DNA of 64,000 bases from Octopus bimaculoides (Eukaryota): NCBI RefSeq assembly GCF_001194135.2, contig NC_068991.1, forward strand, positions 79,641,945-79,705,944, read 5' to 3'. Made by a program: the position numbers and the translations under genes. The notes below the pieces were generated by a model that saw nothing but the letters and a program-made list of their open reading frames with translations, did not search any database and had not been told where the DNA came from. Below are positions 62,591-64,000 of the stretch, one piece after another (the first letter of the stretch is position 1; each line of letters opens with the position of its first letter).

Positions 62591-64000
62591 TTTCGTCTTT
62601 CTCCCCTCCTCTCTCTTTGTCCGAATAGCTCCTTGAAGAATGCAAGAAAGAAACGACCACGCGCAATGCCACAGATCTACTGATTTCTAGGCACGACATT
62701 AGAAGAACGCTATCTTTCTCTAATGTATAGAGGAAGCGGCTAACTGGCCAACTCTCAAAACCTAATCTTACAAAACTCCTTTGAAACATTGATCGTGTGT
62801 AGCTGCTTATCGTAAACCAATAACCTGAAATAACAGTTGACTTTCATTGAGTTATTTTTGTAATAATATTCTATTGTTTTAAAGGTTGTTTCGACAGCAT
62901 TAAGCCTAAAGTCAAGACTATATAAGATCCAGATGTAACGAATATTTTTCTATATCTAATATAATTTATAATTTCAGATTTAGTTATTTCCTATACTGAA
63001 GTTGAATATCAAGTACTGACTGACAGAACAATTTATTCCAAAATAAATTTTTTGAGAAGTAGATGAAATGTCAAAAACTTGGTAAATCTTATAAGTATTT
63101 CAGGTTTATATTTAGTTCACCTGGCATCCGTCATCTCTCAGTCAACACTTCTTTCTTCTCTTTATCATAATATTCATTTACTTGTTACATTGGTTGGAGC
63201 ACGGCCAGTCTTACACACTTCACACACACACACGCACACAAACACATGCACATTTCTATCTGTATGCGTATGTGTGTGTGTGTGTGTGTGTGTGCATCTG
63301 TGTATGTGCATATGCTTGTGGGTTACATTTGTAATAATGGTTTTTAAGCTGTAAATTGATGTCAATACTTGGTAGTGTTTCAGTAAATATCACAGAAGAG
63401 AAGTTACAAGGAAACTCACTTTGTTACTCTTTATTACAAAGAGTTTATTATACAATTACATATAGTTATAGTACTATATACAAGGATATGGACTCGGTAC
63501 AATGAGTAAGTCTCCTATTAGTTATGTTCCTTAGGACAGATACTATGCAGACTCCAGTATTATGTGGTAGTTATAATCCTTTACGAAGTTACGAATTTAA
63601 AGTAGTATTTGCAGACCTAGTCCGCAGAGAGTACACACACACGACGGCGCTTCTAATACACTCAACCATCCCACGCGAGCGGAAACGGCTTGGTAAGATG
63701 TACCGTTCCTTCCCTAACCGTTTTAAATGCCATTGTAATCGGAGAAATCATGGGCAACTACAGATGACCCAGCAAAACATGCAGGATACAACGGTTACCT
63801 GATTAGATTGGAGTAAGGGGAAATTAATTTCCTAACTGATCGAAGAAAACGCGTTGCATGTGACCTGTCGTCTTTCTTCAAAGTCACCGATTTCAACCCG
63901 GAGTTTCGTAATTTTGAACAAAATTCTGTTCGATTTCATTATTTCTTGAATAAATACGTTCGCCACAATAAAGTCACGATGTAAGAAAATCAGTGAAGAT

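Noticed and set aside
1478-63365. Numerous ORFs with YIYI, CVCV, HTHT, ERER or poly-X runs
   Set aside because: They are translations of (TA)n, (TG)n, (CA)n, (GA)n microsatellites or N-gaps and have no protein-like content.
1-64000. CRISPR arrays, rRNA, prokaryotic operons, protocadherin or C2H2-array exons
   Set aside because: There are no regularly spaced direct repeats with unique spacers, no rRNA signature sequences and no long open exon of these families.

Overview
This is AT-rich, repeat-dense eukaryotic DNA from a gapped scaffold assembly. It has 15 N-gaps (5361-5720, 9823-10084, 11470-11479, 12977-13052, 21291-21380, 28695-28760, 29257-29266, 37416-37647, 40790-41201, 45448-45687, 52814-53050, 53750-54138, 54844-55272, 58070-58079, 60326-60665), many of them abutting (TA)n or other microsatellites. 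The two dominant tRNA-derived SINE families match, from my recall rather than a search, those abundant in Octopus genomes, so the source is probably an octopus. I recognise no host protein-coding exon, rRNA, intact tRNA or CRISPR array; the window reads as intergenic or deep-intronic. Almost all entries in the ORF track are artefacts of microsatellites or N-runs. The recognisable coding remnants are all dead transposons: four R4/Dong-clade RLE LINE fragments, RTE, CR1-like and L1/Tx1-like LINE pieces, and Tc1, mariner and maT/DD37D transposase fragments. The most interesting signals are structural: (i) a long-TIR foldback element family present at 17.1, 44.7 and 45.1 kb; (ii) a young near-perfect inverted repeat with TA flanks at 58.5-59.3 kb; (iii) R4/Dong copies whose 5' junctions sit at (AAT)n tracts, including a SINE/LINE/LINE nest at 33.3-35.0 kb; and (iv) several closely spaced inverted repeats that would form dsRNA if transcribed. 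I found no convincing novel gene system. Element boundaries are read by eye and may be off by about 10-20 bp.
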